From NCBI GenBank assembly GCA_029246085.1, contig JAQWOB010000011.1, forward strand, positions 1-60,451: a stretch of 60,451 nucleotides of DNA. The letters are read 5' to 3'. Made by a program: the position numbers and the translations under genes. Source of the stretch: Gammaproteobacteria bacterium (GTDB lineage Bacteria; Pseudomonadota; Gammaproteobacteria; GCA-002705445; GCA-002716945). Below, in pieces: positions 9,468 through 19,427 of this stretch. The notes below the pieces were generated by a model that searched no databases, had not been told where the DNA came from, and worked only from the letters and a program-made list of their open reading frames with translations. Each line of letters begins with the position of its first letter. Positions within the stretch are counted from its first letter, which is position 1.

Positions 9468-10894
9468 ACCTGTGTTCCTCCAACAGTTATCTCATCTATT
9501 TTAAGAGTAGGCTGTCCTACTCCTACTGGAACACTTTGCCCGTCTTTTCCACATGTACCAACTCCATCATCTAATTTTAAATCATTTCCTACCATAGATA
9601 CTTTTTTTAAAACCTCTGGTCCATTACCAATCAGAGTCATGCCTTTAATTGGTTTGGTAACTTTTCCATTTTCAATTAAATATGCTTCTGATGCTGTGAA
9701 TACAAATTGTCCATTTGTTATGTCAACCTGGCCACCAGAAAAATTAACAGCATAAATTCCATCTTTAACAGATTCTATTATCTCATTTGGATTAAACTCA
9801 CCAGGCAACATAAAAGTATTTGTCATTCTTGGCATAGGCAAGCATGCGTAACTTTCTCTTCTCCCATTTCCTGTGGGACTAACATTCATAAGTTTGGCAT
9901 TGATTTTATCTTGCATATATCCTTTAAGGATTCCATTCTCAATCAGCGTATTACATTTTGTTTCACAACCTTCATCATCCACAGATAAAGACCCTCTTCT
10001 CTTTGAAATTGTGCCATCATCAACAATTGTGCATTGGCTAGAAGCAACTTGCTTTCCTATTAAGTCAGAAAAAGCTGAGGTTTTTTTTCTGTTAAAATCA
10101 CCTTCAAGTCCATGTCCAATAGCCTCATGTAGAAGCACTCCAGGCCATCCAGGCCCTAAGACAACTGTCATAGATCCTGCTTTTCCATCTTCGGCTTGAA
10201 GATTTACAGCTGCCTGTCTAATTGCTTCATCAGCAAATTCATAAGCAAATTTTGTATCAATTATTTCATCATAAGAATATCTGCCGCCGCCGCCAGAAGA
10301 ACCACGTTCTCTTCGGTCACCTACTTTCAAGATAACCATTATACTAAATCTAACTAAAGGCCTGTCATCAAAAGCCTTAATACCATCCGTATTTAGAATT
10401 AAAATTGAATCATATGTCCCAGCTAAGCTCACAATCACTTGCTCCACTCTGTCATCTTTATCTCGTACATATTTATCAATGTCTTTTAAAAATTTAACTT
10501 TTATATCATCTGTCTTAAAATCTAAAGGCGAGACTGAGTTATATAGTTTTCTTATATTTTGAGAATTACCAAGTTGTATTGCTCTGCTTTGGCCACTCTT
10601 CACTATGCACTTAGATGTGTTAGCTGCAGAAATTAAATTTTCATAGTTAAAGTTATTACTATATGCAAAACCAGATTTATCTCCTGCCACAGATCTAATT
10701 CCAACTCCACTATCTATGTTTGATGAACCGCTTTTAACGATACCGTCTTCTAATTGCCAACCTTCAGAATTAGTATATTGAAAATATAAATCTGCAAAGT
10801 CTATGTTTTTAGGACATGCTGCCGAAAGTATATTTTCAAGTTTTTCATTTGTTAAGTCATAATTATCTAAGACAAGATTCTGTATATAATTCAT
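9464..10894 (-). CDS. tldD: Metalloprotease TldD
   Basis: 476 aa with the TldD metal-binding motif HEAIGHGLEGDFNRK and a C-terminal QPTLKIDEITVGG. Confidence 0.95.
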   Translation of the reverse strand: MNYIQNLVLDNYDLTNEKLENILSAACPKNIDFADLYFQYTNSEGWQLEDGIVKSGSSNIDSGVGIRSVAGDKSGFAYSNNFNYENLISAANTSKCIVKSGQSRAIQLGNSQNIRKLYNSVSPLDFKTDDIKVKFLKDIDKYVRDKDDRVEQVIVSLAGTYDSILILNTDGIKAFDDRPLVRFSIMVILKVGDRRERGSSGGGGRYSYDEIIDTKFAYEFADEAIRQAAVNLQAEDGKAGSMTVVLGPGWPGVLLHEAIGHGLEGDFNRKKTSAFSDLIGKQVASSQCTIVDDGTISKRRGSLSVDDEGCETKCNTLIENGILKGYMQDKINAKLMNVSPTGNGRRESYACLPMPRMTNTFMLPGEFNPNEIIESVKDGIYAVNFSGGQVDITNGQFVFTASEAYLIENGKVTKPIKGMTLIGNGPEVLKKVSMVGNDLKLDDGVGTCGKDGQSVPVGVGQPTLKIDEITVGGTQV

Positions 10895-11712
10895 TTATTA
10901 CCCACTAAAGTTATATGTTTAAGTACAGGAAACTTCTCTCTTATTGAGGTTAACTGTTTATGGTTTATCTCAGATTCAATAAACCCACTACCAGACTCTA
11001 TTTTCGACATTATTTGTCCCCAAGGATTTACTATCATACTATTACCATGAGTTTGTCTTCCACTAATATGATAACCATCTTGGCATGATGTAACCATGTA
11101 ACAAAGATTTTCTATAGCTCTAGATTTAACCAATGGTTCCCAATGAACTTTGCCAGTTTGTTCGGTAAAGGCTGATGGCAGTACAATTATTTCAACATCC
11201 GAGGAATGTAATAATCTAAAAAGTTCTGGGAAGCGAAGATCATAACAAATTGCTAACCCAACAATCCCAACTGGCGTCTCTATAATCTTAAGATTCTTTC
11301 CATGTTCAAAAACTTCAGACTCATTATATGATTCATCAGAATTAGGTAATTGAACGTCAAATAAATGTATTTTATCATACCTGGCAACTATTTGACCTTT
11401 ATCATCAAAAACAAGAGTAGATGATGTTACTTTATTGGGATTTTTGGTCTTAAGAGGAATAGTGCCAGCTATAATCCAAATTTTGTATTTTACAGCGCTC
11501 TCTGCGATAAATTCTTGAATTGGCCCAGATCCCTCAACTTCAGCATTTGTTACAAAGGACACATCATTCTCTGGCATGAAAGCAAAATTCTCTGGTAAAA
11601 CAACCAATTTTGACTTCCCTTTAGAAATTTCTTCAAGATATTTAGATACTTCAAGAAGGTTAGCTTGAATATTTGGACCTGACGTTAATTGTATTGATGC
11701 TATGCTAGCCAT
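10891..11712 (-). CDS. Carbon-nitrogen hydrolase (nitrilase superfamily)
   Basis: 273 aa. The Glu-Lys-Cys triad contexts are VVLPENFAF, YDKIHLFD and LAICYDLRFPE. It sits between yhdP and tldD, an arrangement I recall from Pseudomonas. Confidence 0.85.
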   Translation of the reverse strand: MASIASIQLTSGPNIQANLLEVSKYLEEISKGKSKLVVLPENFAFMPENDVSFVTNAEVEGSGPIQEFIAESAVKYKIWIIAGTIPLKTKNPNKVTSSTLVFDDKGQIVARYDKIHLFDVQLPNSDESYNESEVFEHGKNLKIIETPVGIVGLAICYDLRFPELFRLLHSSDVEIIVLPSAFTEQTGKVHWEPLVKSRAIENLCYMVTSCQDGYHISGRQTHGNSMIVNPWGQIMSKIESGSGFIESEINHKQLTSIREKFPVLKHITLVGNK

Positions 11713-11744
11713 ATATTTCTCTTAGTTTGAATACTAAGAGTATA

Positions 11745-14700
11745 TTAATTTTCGATAGGTTTAAATGGTTCTATTACTTTTATCTCGGGCTCATCCCATG
11801 AACCTTTAATAGAGTATTCCACAGCTGCCAATTGATTAGTATTAATATCCATTTCTTTAAGGACTTTATCATAAAATATTGACGCGAGAGCACCAATTGG
11901 TCCACCCAACAAAGTGCCTGAAATTAGGCTCATCGATGACAAATCAGGTATATAAATTAGTTGCTGATTATGAGACCTATTATAGATATCTGAAACTCCA
12001 TTTATCCTCATTTCACCAAAAGTACCTTTAAGAAGTAAGTCTTTAGTCTTTGCCTTAGCTTTAGAAAAGCTAAATTCACCAGTCATCGTATCAAATGATA
12101 GCCCGCTAGAAAAAAAGTCACTAAAATCTAATGACAACCTTTTCTTTAATGATGAAATACTAAATAATCCAAGCAACTGACCTATAGCTCTTGTTTGCTT
12201 TGTAACTTGAAGAAACTCGCCATCTTTTAAATCGAGTTTAATTTTCCCATCAAAATCATTAAAAGAAAAATTCTCAGGAGATCCTTCCCACTGACCTATT
12301 AGTCTTGAGGATAAATTTCCTTCTTTAATAATTCCAGGATATCCTAAATATTTAAGAGAACTTCCAAAATTGTCACTTTGAAAATCTGCATCAAAAAAGG
12401 TAATTTTCTTATCAGATGATTTTATCCATTTCCCATTGCCTTTCATGCTCAAGTCATTATTTTTAAAATCAAACCTGTCTATCATCATGCCTTGATCAAT
12501 AGGAGATGTTACAATTTTTACATTATTAAAATAATAATCGTTAATTTTTGCTTTTTTAATACTTAAATCTAAGAATGAATATGCTTCAGGATTTGAATCA
12601 CCCTTAAATTTATTTAAATTAAAATAGTTGAGACGAGCAGTTAACCTATTTTCATTAGTTATTAGATCAGGAAAATTTATTAAACCTTCTATGCTAGGAG
12701 AGTAAACTGATATAGAAAGAGAGGTTTTTTGTCTTGAAACTTTCATCTTATATACATCATAAGATATGTTGATATATTTTTTAAAATTATTATTCAATAT
12801 ATATTTAATTTCTAAATTTTTAGATTCTGAAGAAATTTTATTCAATGGAGAAAGAATATTGAATTCCATGCCTTCCATATTACTATTTAATTTAAAATTT
12901 ATTGTCTTGTCAAAGGGCTGATAAGTTAACTTGAAATCAATAGGCGCAGATCCTTTAAAAGATTCTATTAACTTATTATTAGAAAAACTCTTTATAAAAT
13001 CAGATGTCAGAATACCTTTTGAATTGAAATTATATTTAATTTTATTGTTTATAATATCTGTATCTAATATCAAAGCATACTTATTATTATTTATATAATA
13101 TTGAGTTTCATAAGATTGAATATATTTATCAAAAAAACTAACTCTAAGTTTTTGAGAATTGATTACAATGCCATGCTGTTTATCATGAATTGCTAAATTA
13201 GAAAGATTTATAGCACCATAAGAATTTATTTTTTCTTTATTCTTTAAAAAACGATAATCAAGACTATATTTGGAACTGAGAGAAATATTTTTTGATTTTA
13301 TTAATTCAGTATATTTAATCGGTGAAATATTCATTAAGCTATCTAAATCACCTTTGATATTGATCTTATATGTTGAGTTATCATCAGAGAAGGACCCATA
13401 AATATTAGCTAGATGAGAATCATCTAATTGCAATTCTTCAGAGCTCAAAGATATCTTGTCATTAGAAATCTTATAAAATATTAACCCATTTAATCTAGAT
13501 AATTTAAATTTGTCATCACTATTAATGGAGACTTCAACTTCTTTCCCTTTAATTAATAACTTCCCAGATTTACTGCTACCCATTAAATTTCCAATAATTT
13601 TATTCATAGAAAAACTACTACTATTAATAAATTCTATTCCTTCAAAATCTATATCATACCTAAACCTCTTGCTATCATCTAAGTCTAGAAGTATAAGATT
13701 ACTCAAGTAACCATCGTGTATATTCTTAAGTATATTCTTGATAGTTTTCTTGGGAAAAACAGGTGCAAAATTAATTATATTTTTCATATCCTTTATATAT
13801 AATTTATCTATAGCTATATTTTCTAAATTAAACTCATCAAAGGTTACATGAATATCATTATCTTTATAAATACTATCTTCTGTTGAGAAGTTTAAGTTAC
13901 TAAACAATATGTGTCTTTTATTCTTTAACAACTGATATCCCAAGTCTGTATGTAAATTTTTTAGTGCTATCTTGTTTTTTGAAATTACATTGGATAATGA
14001 GATGTTTTTTATGTCCAATGAACCCTGAAGATTAAACAAAGAGTTATTTTTTATATCAGCCCAAAGAGTATAGTTGAGCTTAGAAGATAATATTTTTAAT
14101 TTATTTGAAAAAAAAGATAATCCTTGGGGATTTATATTAAGTCCTTGACTATAAAATTTACCATTAATCTTATAATTATCATCTAATGAAAATTTAGATG
14201 CGAAATGAATAACCTCATTATTATTTTTATGGTTGAAGGTTGTAAATAATTTAATATTATTATTCTCATAAAATAATACTAAGTTTATATTTTTTAAATT
14301 ATATTCATTACTTTTTTTCTGAGACTTTATATTTATACTGGAATCACTTATTCGAAACTTAATATCTCCTATATCCATAAATCCAGACTCTTTGCTTGCC
14401 TTTTTATTGTTTAATAAGTTATAACCTTTTAGAAATAATCCATCTTCACTATAAGTTAATGATATCTTGGATTCTACGAGGTTAAGGCCTGATATTTTAA
14501 ATTCAAAATCTGATAGGGATTCTAGCGTATTAATATTAACAATGAGTTTATTCCCATCAAGATATAATTCTTCTTTATTAAGCTCATATAAAGATATTTT
14601 ATTAAAAATTAGGTTTGGATAAATTCCATTCCACCTTATATTAAGACTATCAAAATTGAATCTAAGTTGTGATTCAGACTGTATGTATTCAACAATCTTT

Positions 14701-14813
14701 TCTTTATATAAATGCGAAACAACATTTGTATTTTCGGTTATTAGAATAATGAGAAATGAAAATGTCAACAGTGATGATAGCAAATATGTAAAAAATTTTA
14801 ATATTTTTGGCAT
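11745..14813 (-). CDS. yhdP: YhdP/AsmA-like large envelope protein (DUF3971 + AsmA_2 type)
   Basis: 1022 aa with an N-terminal TM anchor and a beta-rich, Asn/Lys/Ser-rich body. It ends YSIKGSWDEPEIKV. Its position next to tldD matches E. coli. It is shorter than E. coli YhdP. Confidence 0.7.
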   Translation of the reverse strand: MPKILKFFTYLLSSLLTFSFLIILITENTNVVSHLYKEKIVEYIQSESQLRFNFDSLNIRWNGIYPNLIFNKISLYELNKEELYLDGNKLIVNINTLESLSDFEFKISGLNLVESKISLTYSEDGLFLKGYNLLNNKKASKESGFMDIGDIKFRISDSSINIKSQKKSNEYNLKNINLVLFYENNNIKLFTTFNHKNNNEVIHFASKFSLDDNYKINGKFYSQGLNINPQGLSFFSNKLKILSSKLNYTLWADIKNNSLFNLQGSLDIKNISLSNVISKNKIALKNLHTDLGYQLLKNKRHILFSNLNFSTEDSIYKDNDIHVTFDEFNLENIAIDKLYIKDMKNIINFAPVFPKKTIKNILKNIHDGYLSNLILLDLDDSKRFRYDIDFEGIEFINSSSFSMNKIIGNLMGSSKSGKLLIKGKEVEVSINSDDKFKLSRLNGLIFYKISNDKISLSSEELQLDDSHLANIYGSFSDDNSTYKINIKGDLDSLMNISPIKYTELIKSKNISLSSKYSLDYRFLKNKEKINSYGAINLSNLAIHDKQHGIVINSQKLRVSFFDKYIQSYETQYYINNNKYALILDTDIINNKIKYNFNSKGILTSDFIKSFSNNKLIESFKGSAPIDFKLTYQPFDKTINFKLNSNMEGMEFNILSPLNKISSESKNLEIKYILNNNFKKYINISYDVYKMKVSRQKTSLSISVYSPSIEGLINFPDLITNENRLTARLNYFNLNKFKGDSNPEAYSFLDLSIKKAKINDYYFNNVKIVTSPIDQGMMIDRFDFKNNDLSMKGNGKWIKSSDKKITFFDADFQSDNFGSSLKYLGYPGIIKEGNLSSRLIGQWEGSPENFSFNDFDGKIKLDLKDGEFLQVTKQTRAIGQLLGLFSISSLKKRLSLDFSDFFSSGLSFDTMTGEFSFSKAKAKTKDLLLKGTFGEMRINGVSDIYNRSHNQQLIYIPDLSSMSLISGTLLGGPIGALASIFYDKVLKEMDINTNQLAAVEYSIKGSWDEPEIKVIEPFKPIEN

Positions 14814-14817
14814 AAAA

Positions 14818-15162
14818 TTATATATATGTATAACTATCTGTCTCTATACTCTCATCCCATAGTTTTTCAAGAGAATAAAAATCACGAGTTTCTGGGTGCA
14901 TCACATGTACTAAGAAATCTCCATAGTCTACAAGAATCCATTCTGATGAACTATAACCTTCTACACCTATTGGTTTCATTTTATTTTTTTTAAGCTTAGT
15001 TATCAAGTTATCTGCAATTGATTTTACATGCCTAGTAGAGCGTCCTGATACAATAAACATTAGGTCTGTGACTGATGACTTACCCTTTACATCCATCAAG
15101 GCAATATTCTCTCCCTTATTATCTTCTAGGATGCCTATAATAGACTTTTTAAGTGTTTTCAT
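14818..15162 (-). CDS. rsfS: Ribosomal silencing factor RsfS
   Basis: 114 aa with DLMFIVSGRSTRHVKSIADNL and WILVDYGDFLVHVM. It lies downstream of nadD as in other gammaproteobacteria. Confidence 0.9.
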   Translation of the reverse strand: MKTLKKSIIGILEDNKGENIALMDVKGKSSVTDLMFIVSGRSTRHVKSIADNLITKLKKNKMKPIGVEGYSSSEWILVDYGDFLVHVMHPETRDFYSLEKLWDESIETDSYTYI

Positions 15163-15165
15163 AAT

Positions 15166-15819
15166 TTAATAAATTTTATTTTTTAATAGCCATTCTTCTA
15201 ATTGAGGTGGCATAAATTTTGATACTGTTTCCTTGTTTCTCAACTTACTCCTTACTTCTGTCGATGATATCTTAACTGAAGAAGTCTTTTCTAAATATAT
15301 TTTACCATATGAACTACTATGAAATATAGCAGGATCTGTTGAAATAATTGACTTCAAACTACTTTCATTCGCTATAGATCTTTCCAAGGTGCCCATCATA
15401 TCACCTATCTTCCTATAAGAAACAATGATATTACATAAACCTATAATGTCATGAAATCTTTCCCATTTAGTTATATTCATCAGTAGATCTAACCCAATTA
15501 TTAAATACAAGTAATCATTTGGAAACTGTTTAAAAATTGATTCTACCGTATGAATCATATATGAAATACCTCCTCTTAATATTTCTCTATCATCTACTAA
15601 ATATTTTTCATTTGACAGGGCAATATTTAGCATCTCAATTCGTTTAACTCCAGAAGCAATAATATTTTTATGTGAATTAGAAATATTGGTAGGTATAAAA
15701 TGCACTAAATCTAGATTATGGGTTATGCATAATTCATCAATTGGGATAATATGACCATTATGAATAGGGTCAAAAGCTCCTCCATAAATTCCTACTCGTT
15801 TATGTTTGTTACTTTTAAT
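15166..15819 (-). CDS. nadD: Nicotinate-nucleotide adenylyltransferase; start codon uncertain (probable ATT)
   Basis: The track ORF starts at GTG 15705. The same frame stays open up to a stop at 15823-15825 and encodes the essential motif VGIYGGAFDPIHNGH upstream of that GTG. No ATG, GTG or TTG occurs in the extension. ATT at 15817-15819 gives 217 aa, compared with 213 aa for E. coli NadD. Confidence 0.75.
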   Translation of the reverse strand: MKSNKHKRVGIYGGAFDPIHNGHIIPIDELCITHNLDLVHFIPTNISNSHKNIIASGVKRIEMLNIALSNEKYLVDDREILRGGISYMIHTVESIFKQFPNDYLYLIIGLDLLMNITKWERFHDIIGLCNIIVSYRKIGDMMGTLERSIANESSLKSIISTDPAIFHSSSYGKIYLEKTSSVKISSTEVRSKLRNKETVSKFMPPQLEEWLLKNKIY

Positions 15820-17071
15820 TTCTTAACTTCCCTTGACTACTGACTATATATTTTAAATTTGTTAAACCTTCAAGTCCAACTGGACCTCTAACATGTAATT
15901 TATCAGTGCTTATTCCAATCTCTGCTCCTAATCCATACTCATAACCATCTGCGAATCTTGTTGATGTATTGATCATTACAGAGCTAGAATTCACTAGCCT
16001 TTTAAATTTCTCTATCACATCTTTATCTGATGCCACAATAGCATCTGTATGTAACGATCCATACTTACCAATATGTTTAATTGCATCATCAAGACTGTTG
16101 ACTATCTTTATAGCTATAATAGGAGATAAATATTCTTCAAACCAATCATTAGTTTTTGCAAGAATAATATTTTTTCTAATTTTTTTAAGATTTTTACAAC
16201 CGCGAATTTCTACACCTTTGTCACTATATTCATCGAGAATCTTAATGATGTATTTTTTTGAAAACTTTTTATGAATTAAAAGAGTTTCCATTGCATTGCA
16301 GACACCATATCTTTGCGTCTTTGAATTAAGACTAATCTTTACAGCTTTATTCACATCTGCAGTTTCATCTATATATACATGACAATTACCATCAAGATGT
16401 TTTATGGTTGGAATCTTAGAGCAAGAAACTATTTTCTCAATTAATCCTTTCCCCCCTCTAGGAATAATTACATCAATATACTCGCTCTTGGATAATAAAT
16501 GCGTAACAGCACTCCGATCAGTAGTTCCAACTAACTGAACCATATGTTGATGAATACCATTATCTTTTAAAGCTTTAGTTATACATATCATTAATGCTTT
16601 ATTACTATTTATAGATTCCGAACCACCTCTTAGAATCACACTATTTCCTGACTTAATACAAAGACCAGCAGAATCAATAGTCACATTTGGTCTTGATTCA
16701 TAAATCATTCCTATGACACCCAGAGGGACTCTCATCTGGCTCACTGTAATTCCATTACTTTGCCTAACACCCTTTGTGGTCTTATATAATGTATCTGGTA
16801 TTTTAATAATTTGGTGCAAACCATCTTGCATCGATAAAATACGCTCTTTACTTAAGATTAATCTATCAATCATGCTATCCTTTAATTTCTTTTTACCAGC
16901 ATTCCTTACATCTATAAGATTATTTTTAATAATATTATTAAAATTAATATCCAAATTATCAGACATAGACTTGAGAACAGAGTTTTTGATTTTAGAATCA
17001 TATTTTCCTGAACAGCTAGATGCTGACAAAGATTGTCCGCATAACTTATCTATTTGTTTCTTTACATCCAT
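15815..17071 (-). CDS. proA: Gamma-glutamyl phosphate reductase
   Basis: 418 aa aldehyde-dehydrogenase-like protein with MRVPLGVIGMIYESRPNVT and VCNAMETLLIH. Confidence 0.95.
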   Translation of the reverse strand: MDVKKQIDKLCGQSLSASSCSGKYDSKIKNSVLKSMSDNLDINFNNIIKNNLIDVRNAGKKKLKDSMIDRLILSKERILSMQDGLHQIIKIPDTLYKTTKGVRQSNGITVSQMRVPLGVIGMIYESRPNVTIDSAGLCIKSGNSVILRGGSESINSNKALMICITKALKDNGIHQHMVQLVGTTDRSAVTHLLSKSEYIDVIIPRGGKGLIEKIVSCSKIPTIKHLDGNCHVYIDETADVNKAVKISLNSKTQRYGVCNAMETLLIHKKFSKKYIIKILDEYSDKGVEIRGCKNLKKIRKNIILAKTNDWFEEYLSPIIAIKIVNSLDDAIKHIGKYGSLHTDAIVASDKDVIEKFKRLVNSSSVMINTSTRFADGYEYGLGAEIGISTDKLHVRGPVGLEGLTNLKYIVSSQGKLRN

Positions 17072-18067
17072 TTAACCTATCTCTTTCTTTATATTATTAA
17101 GGGGCTCATTAAGTATAAAGGAGGCCACAAGGATTTCAAGTTTGTGCCAAACATTAAAGTTACCAAATCCTGTTTTAATCCTTCTGTCAATTACATAAGA
17201 AAATTCTATTAGGCCTAACAAATTATCGCTATTAGATTGACGTGACAAATTACTATATAAGATTTTTTTATGATTAGGAACATATGGTTGCGGTGACAAA
17301 TTATTTAATAAATAATATATTTTCTTAATTTCACTATTTATTAAAAATAATATATATACCTCTGGTGACTTTACTGATTCTAAATAATTTAATATCTTTA
17401 TAGCCTTAGCCACATTTAGTTCTAATATTGCATCAATTAAATCATACTCTGTAAACTTATATTCCTTTTGAAGATAATTAAAATAAACAGATATATCTGA
17501 TATATTCAATAAGGACATTTTATATAATTCTTGTGAAATTGAAGATGTGTTTCCCTCATTCTTCTGTATTAACTTTTTAAAAAGTTCATCACTATAGGTA
17601 ATATTATTTTTTTTGAACTTTTGTTTTACCCAGTTATTAAGGTGTATCCCCTTAAGTTCTGATATCTCTATAATGCATCCTTCTGAATTTAACATAGATA
17701 AAAATTTACCTCTTTTGAAAGCAGGGGTCTGCGGCCCTAATTTAATAATTAAATTTAAATCTTTAGGTGCCTTATTAATTAATAGATAATCAAGTAATTT
17801 TTTTGGGATAGTATTAGATACTACATTCAAAATAAGAGATTTTTTTTCTTCAAAAAGAGAATAACTTTCAAAGTCATCTCTTATTTCATAAATATCAAAG
17901 TCAGAATCAACCACTAAATGTTTTATAGAAGAGCCGCTTTTTTTAAAAAAAGACTCTAGTCTAGACTGAATATCATTCTGTAAATGATAAGGTTTTCCTA
18001 AAATCAAATAAATAGATGATTCTGGTATTTCTGGGCTATCAAAGAATTGTTTGTAACTAATTTTCAT
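17072..18067 (-). CDS. holA: DNA polymerase III delta subunit
   Basis: Sequence and length are HolA-like. I chose the ATG at 18065-18067 (MKISYKQFF..., 331 aa). The longer track ORF (to 18193) would overlap the divergent gene. The stop abuts the proA start with no gap. Confidence 0.7.
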   Translation of the reverse strand: MKISYKQFFDSPEIPESSIYLILGKPYHLQNDIQSRLESFFKKSGSSIKHLVVDSDFDIYEIRDDFESYSLFEEKKSLILNVVSNTIPKKLLDYLLINKAPKDLNLIIKLGPQTPAFKRGKFLSMLNSEGCIIEISELKGIHLNNWVKQKFKKNNITYSDELFKKLIQKNEGNTSSISQELYKMSLLNISDISVYFNYLQKEYKFTEYDLIDAILELNVAKAIKILNYLESVKSPEVYILFLINSEIKKIYYLLNNLSPQPYVPNHKKILYSNLSRQSNSDNLLGLIEFSYVIDRRIKTGFGNFNVWHKLEILVASFILNEPLNNIKKEIG

Positions 18068-18100
18068 ATGATAAATTCTATGGATTCTATACAATATATC

Positions 18101-18991
18101 ATGGATATAAAAAAAGCTCATAATGAAATTGGCTACATTGGCCTTGGTATAATGGGGAAACCCATGGTTAGAAACCTCATTACAGCAAAGCATAAGATTG
18201 TGTTTTATGCCAGAAAAGCTAATGTAATTAAAGAAATATCTTCTATAGGTGGCAGATATGCAGATAATATTCCTGAAATATCTAAATCATGTAAAATTAT
18301 ATTTTTAAACCTACCTGACTCGAATGATGTTCATGAGGTAATCTTTAGTAAAACAGGTTTAGTTTCCAACTTATCCAAAGGATCTATAATAATTGATATG
18401 AGCACAATCTCACCCGAAGTTACGAAAAAAATGGCAAAAAAATTAGAAAAGAAAAGTTGCTATTTGATTGATGCCCCAGTATCGGGAGGTGAGATTGGCG
18501 CAATCAATGGAAACTTATCGATCATGGTTGGTGGCAAAAAAAATGTATTTAATAAAATTAAGCACCTCCTATCAGTATTAGGCAACAATATAACATATAT
18601 AGGACATAGTGGATCAGGACAAGTTACGAAAGCATGCAATCAAATCCTCGTAGCGGGAACAATGGTATCGGTTAGTGAAATATTATTGCTAGCAAAAAAA
18701 TTAAAATGTGATTTAAATTTAGTGAAAAAAGCTTTAATGGGAGGATTTGCAAATAGTAAAATTCTTGATTTACATGGCGAGAGAATGATAAACAATGATT
18801 ATGAGCCTGGTTTTAAAGCAGGACTTCATTTAAAAGACTTGAATATTGCATTGAATTTATCAGATAAAGTTGGATTAAACCTTAAGAGTGCAAAATATAG
18901 TCAGGAACTAATGAAAATTGCTAATCAGAACAATGACCAAGATAAAGACTCATCTATAATTAATAAAATTATCATTAAGAATAAGAAATAA
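18101..18991 (+). CDS. NAD(P)-dependent 3-hydroxyisobutyrate / tartronate-semialdehyde dehydrogenase family oxidoreductase
   Basis: Rossmann N-terminus IGYIGLGIMGKPMVRNL, plus DAPVSGG and the GSGQVTKACNQ signature. The start is set at the ATG nearest the GxGxxG motif. Confidence 0.85.
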   Translation: MDIKKAHNEIGYIGLGIMGKPMVRNLITAKHKIVFYARKANVIKEISSIGGRYADNIPEISKSCKIIFLNLPDSNDVHEVIFSKTGLVSNLSKGSIIIDMSTISPEVTKKMAKKLEKKSCYLIDAPVSGGEIGAINGNLSIMVGGKKNVFNKIKHLLSVLGNNITYIGHSGSGQVTKACNQILVAGTMVSVSEILLLAKKLKCDLNLVKKALMGGFANSKILDLHGERMINNDYEPGFKAGLHLKDLNIALNLSDKVGLNLKSAKYSQELMKIANQNNDQDKDSSIINKIIIKNKK

Positions 18992-19009
18992 AGTGTTTAA
19001 TATTTAAAC

Positions 19010-19423
19010 ATGAAATTATATAATATCTCTATGAATATTAAATATTTGCTGAAAGATAAGAGTATAAATCCCACAAAACAGCGTTTAGAAATTGCTGAGC
19101 TTGTTTTTGCTAAAGATCAACATTTTACCGCAGTCCAGCTCATAGAACAGGTTAGAGATAAGAAGTTACCTATATCACAAGCAACCATATACAATACACT
19201 GTGTCTTTTTGAATCAACTGGATTGTTAAAAACTATTGATTTACAAAATGACTGTAAATTTTATGATACAAATTTACACTCACATCATCATATATATAAC
19301 ACTAGCACTAATGTACTAACCGATATAAGTACTGAGAAGATAGAATTCTCAAAAATTCCAAGTATTCCAGCTCACTTAGAGCTAGAACAAACGGAAGTAT
19401 TGATTAAAGTTAAAAATAAATAA
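19010..19423 (+). CDS. irr: Fur-family transcriptional regulator, Irr-like (no CxxC pairs, HHH motif)
   Basis: 137 aa. The winged-helix part is PTKQRLEIAELVF...ISQATIYNTL. FYDTNLHSHHHIY sits where Fur has HHHDH..C..C. There are no CxxC zinc motifs. An alternative start is ATG 19031. Confidence 0.75.
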   Translation: MKLYNISMNIKYLLKDKSINPTKQRLEIAELVFAKDQHFTAVQLIEQVRDKKLPISQATIYNTLCLFESTGLLKTIDLQNDCKFYDTNLHSHHHIYNTSTNVLTDISTEKIEFSKIPSIPAHLELEQTEVLIKVKNK

Positions 19424-19427
19424 TACT

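Noticed and set aside
18994-19010. AT-only near-palindrome TGTTTAATATTTAAACA immediately upstream of, and overlapping, the Irr-like start codon
   Set aside because: It could be an autoregulatory operator. However, it consists almost entirely of A/T, has a central mismatch, and matches neither the ICE nor the Fur-box consensus. It cannot be distinguished from background AT-rich symmetry.
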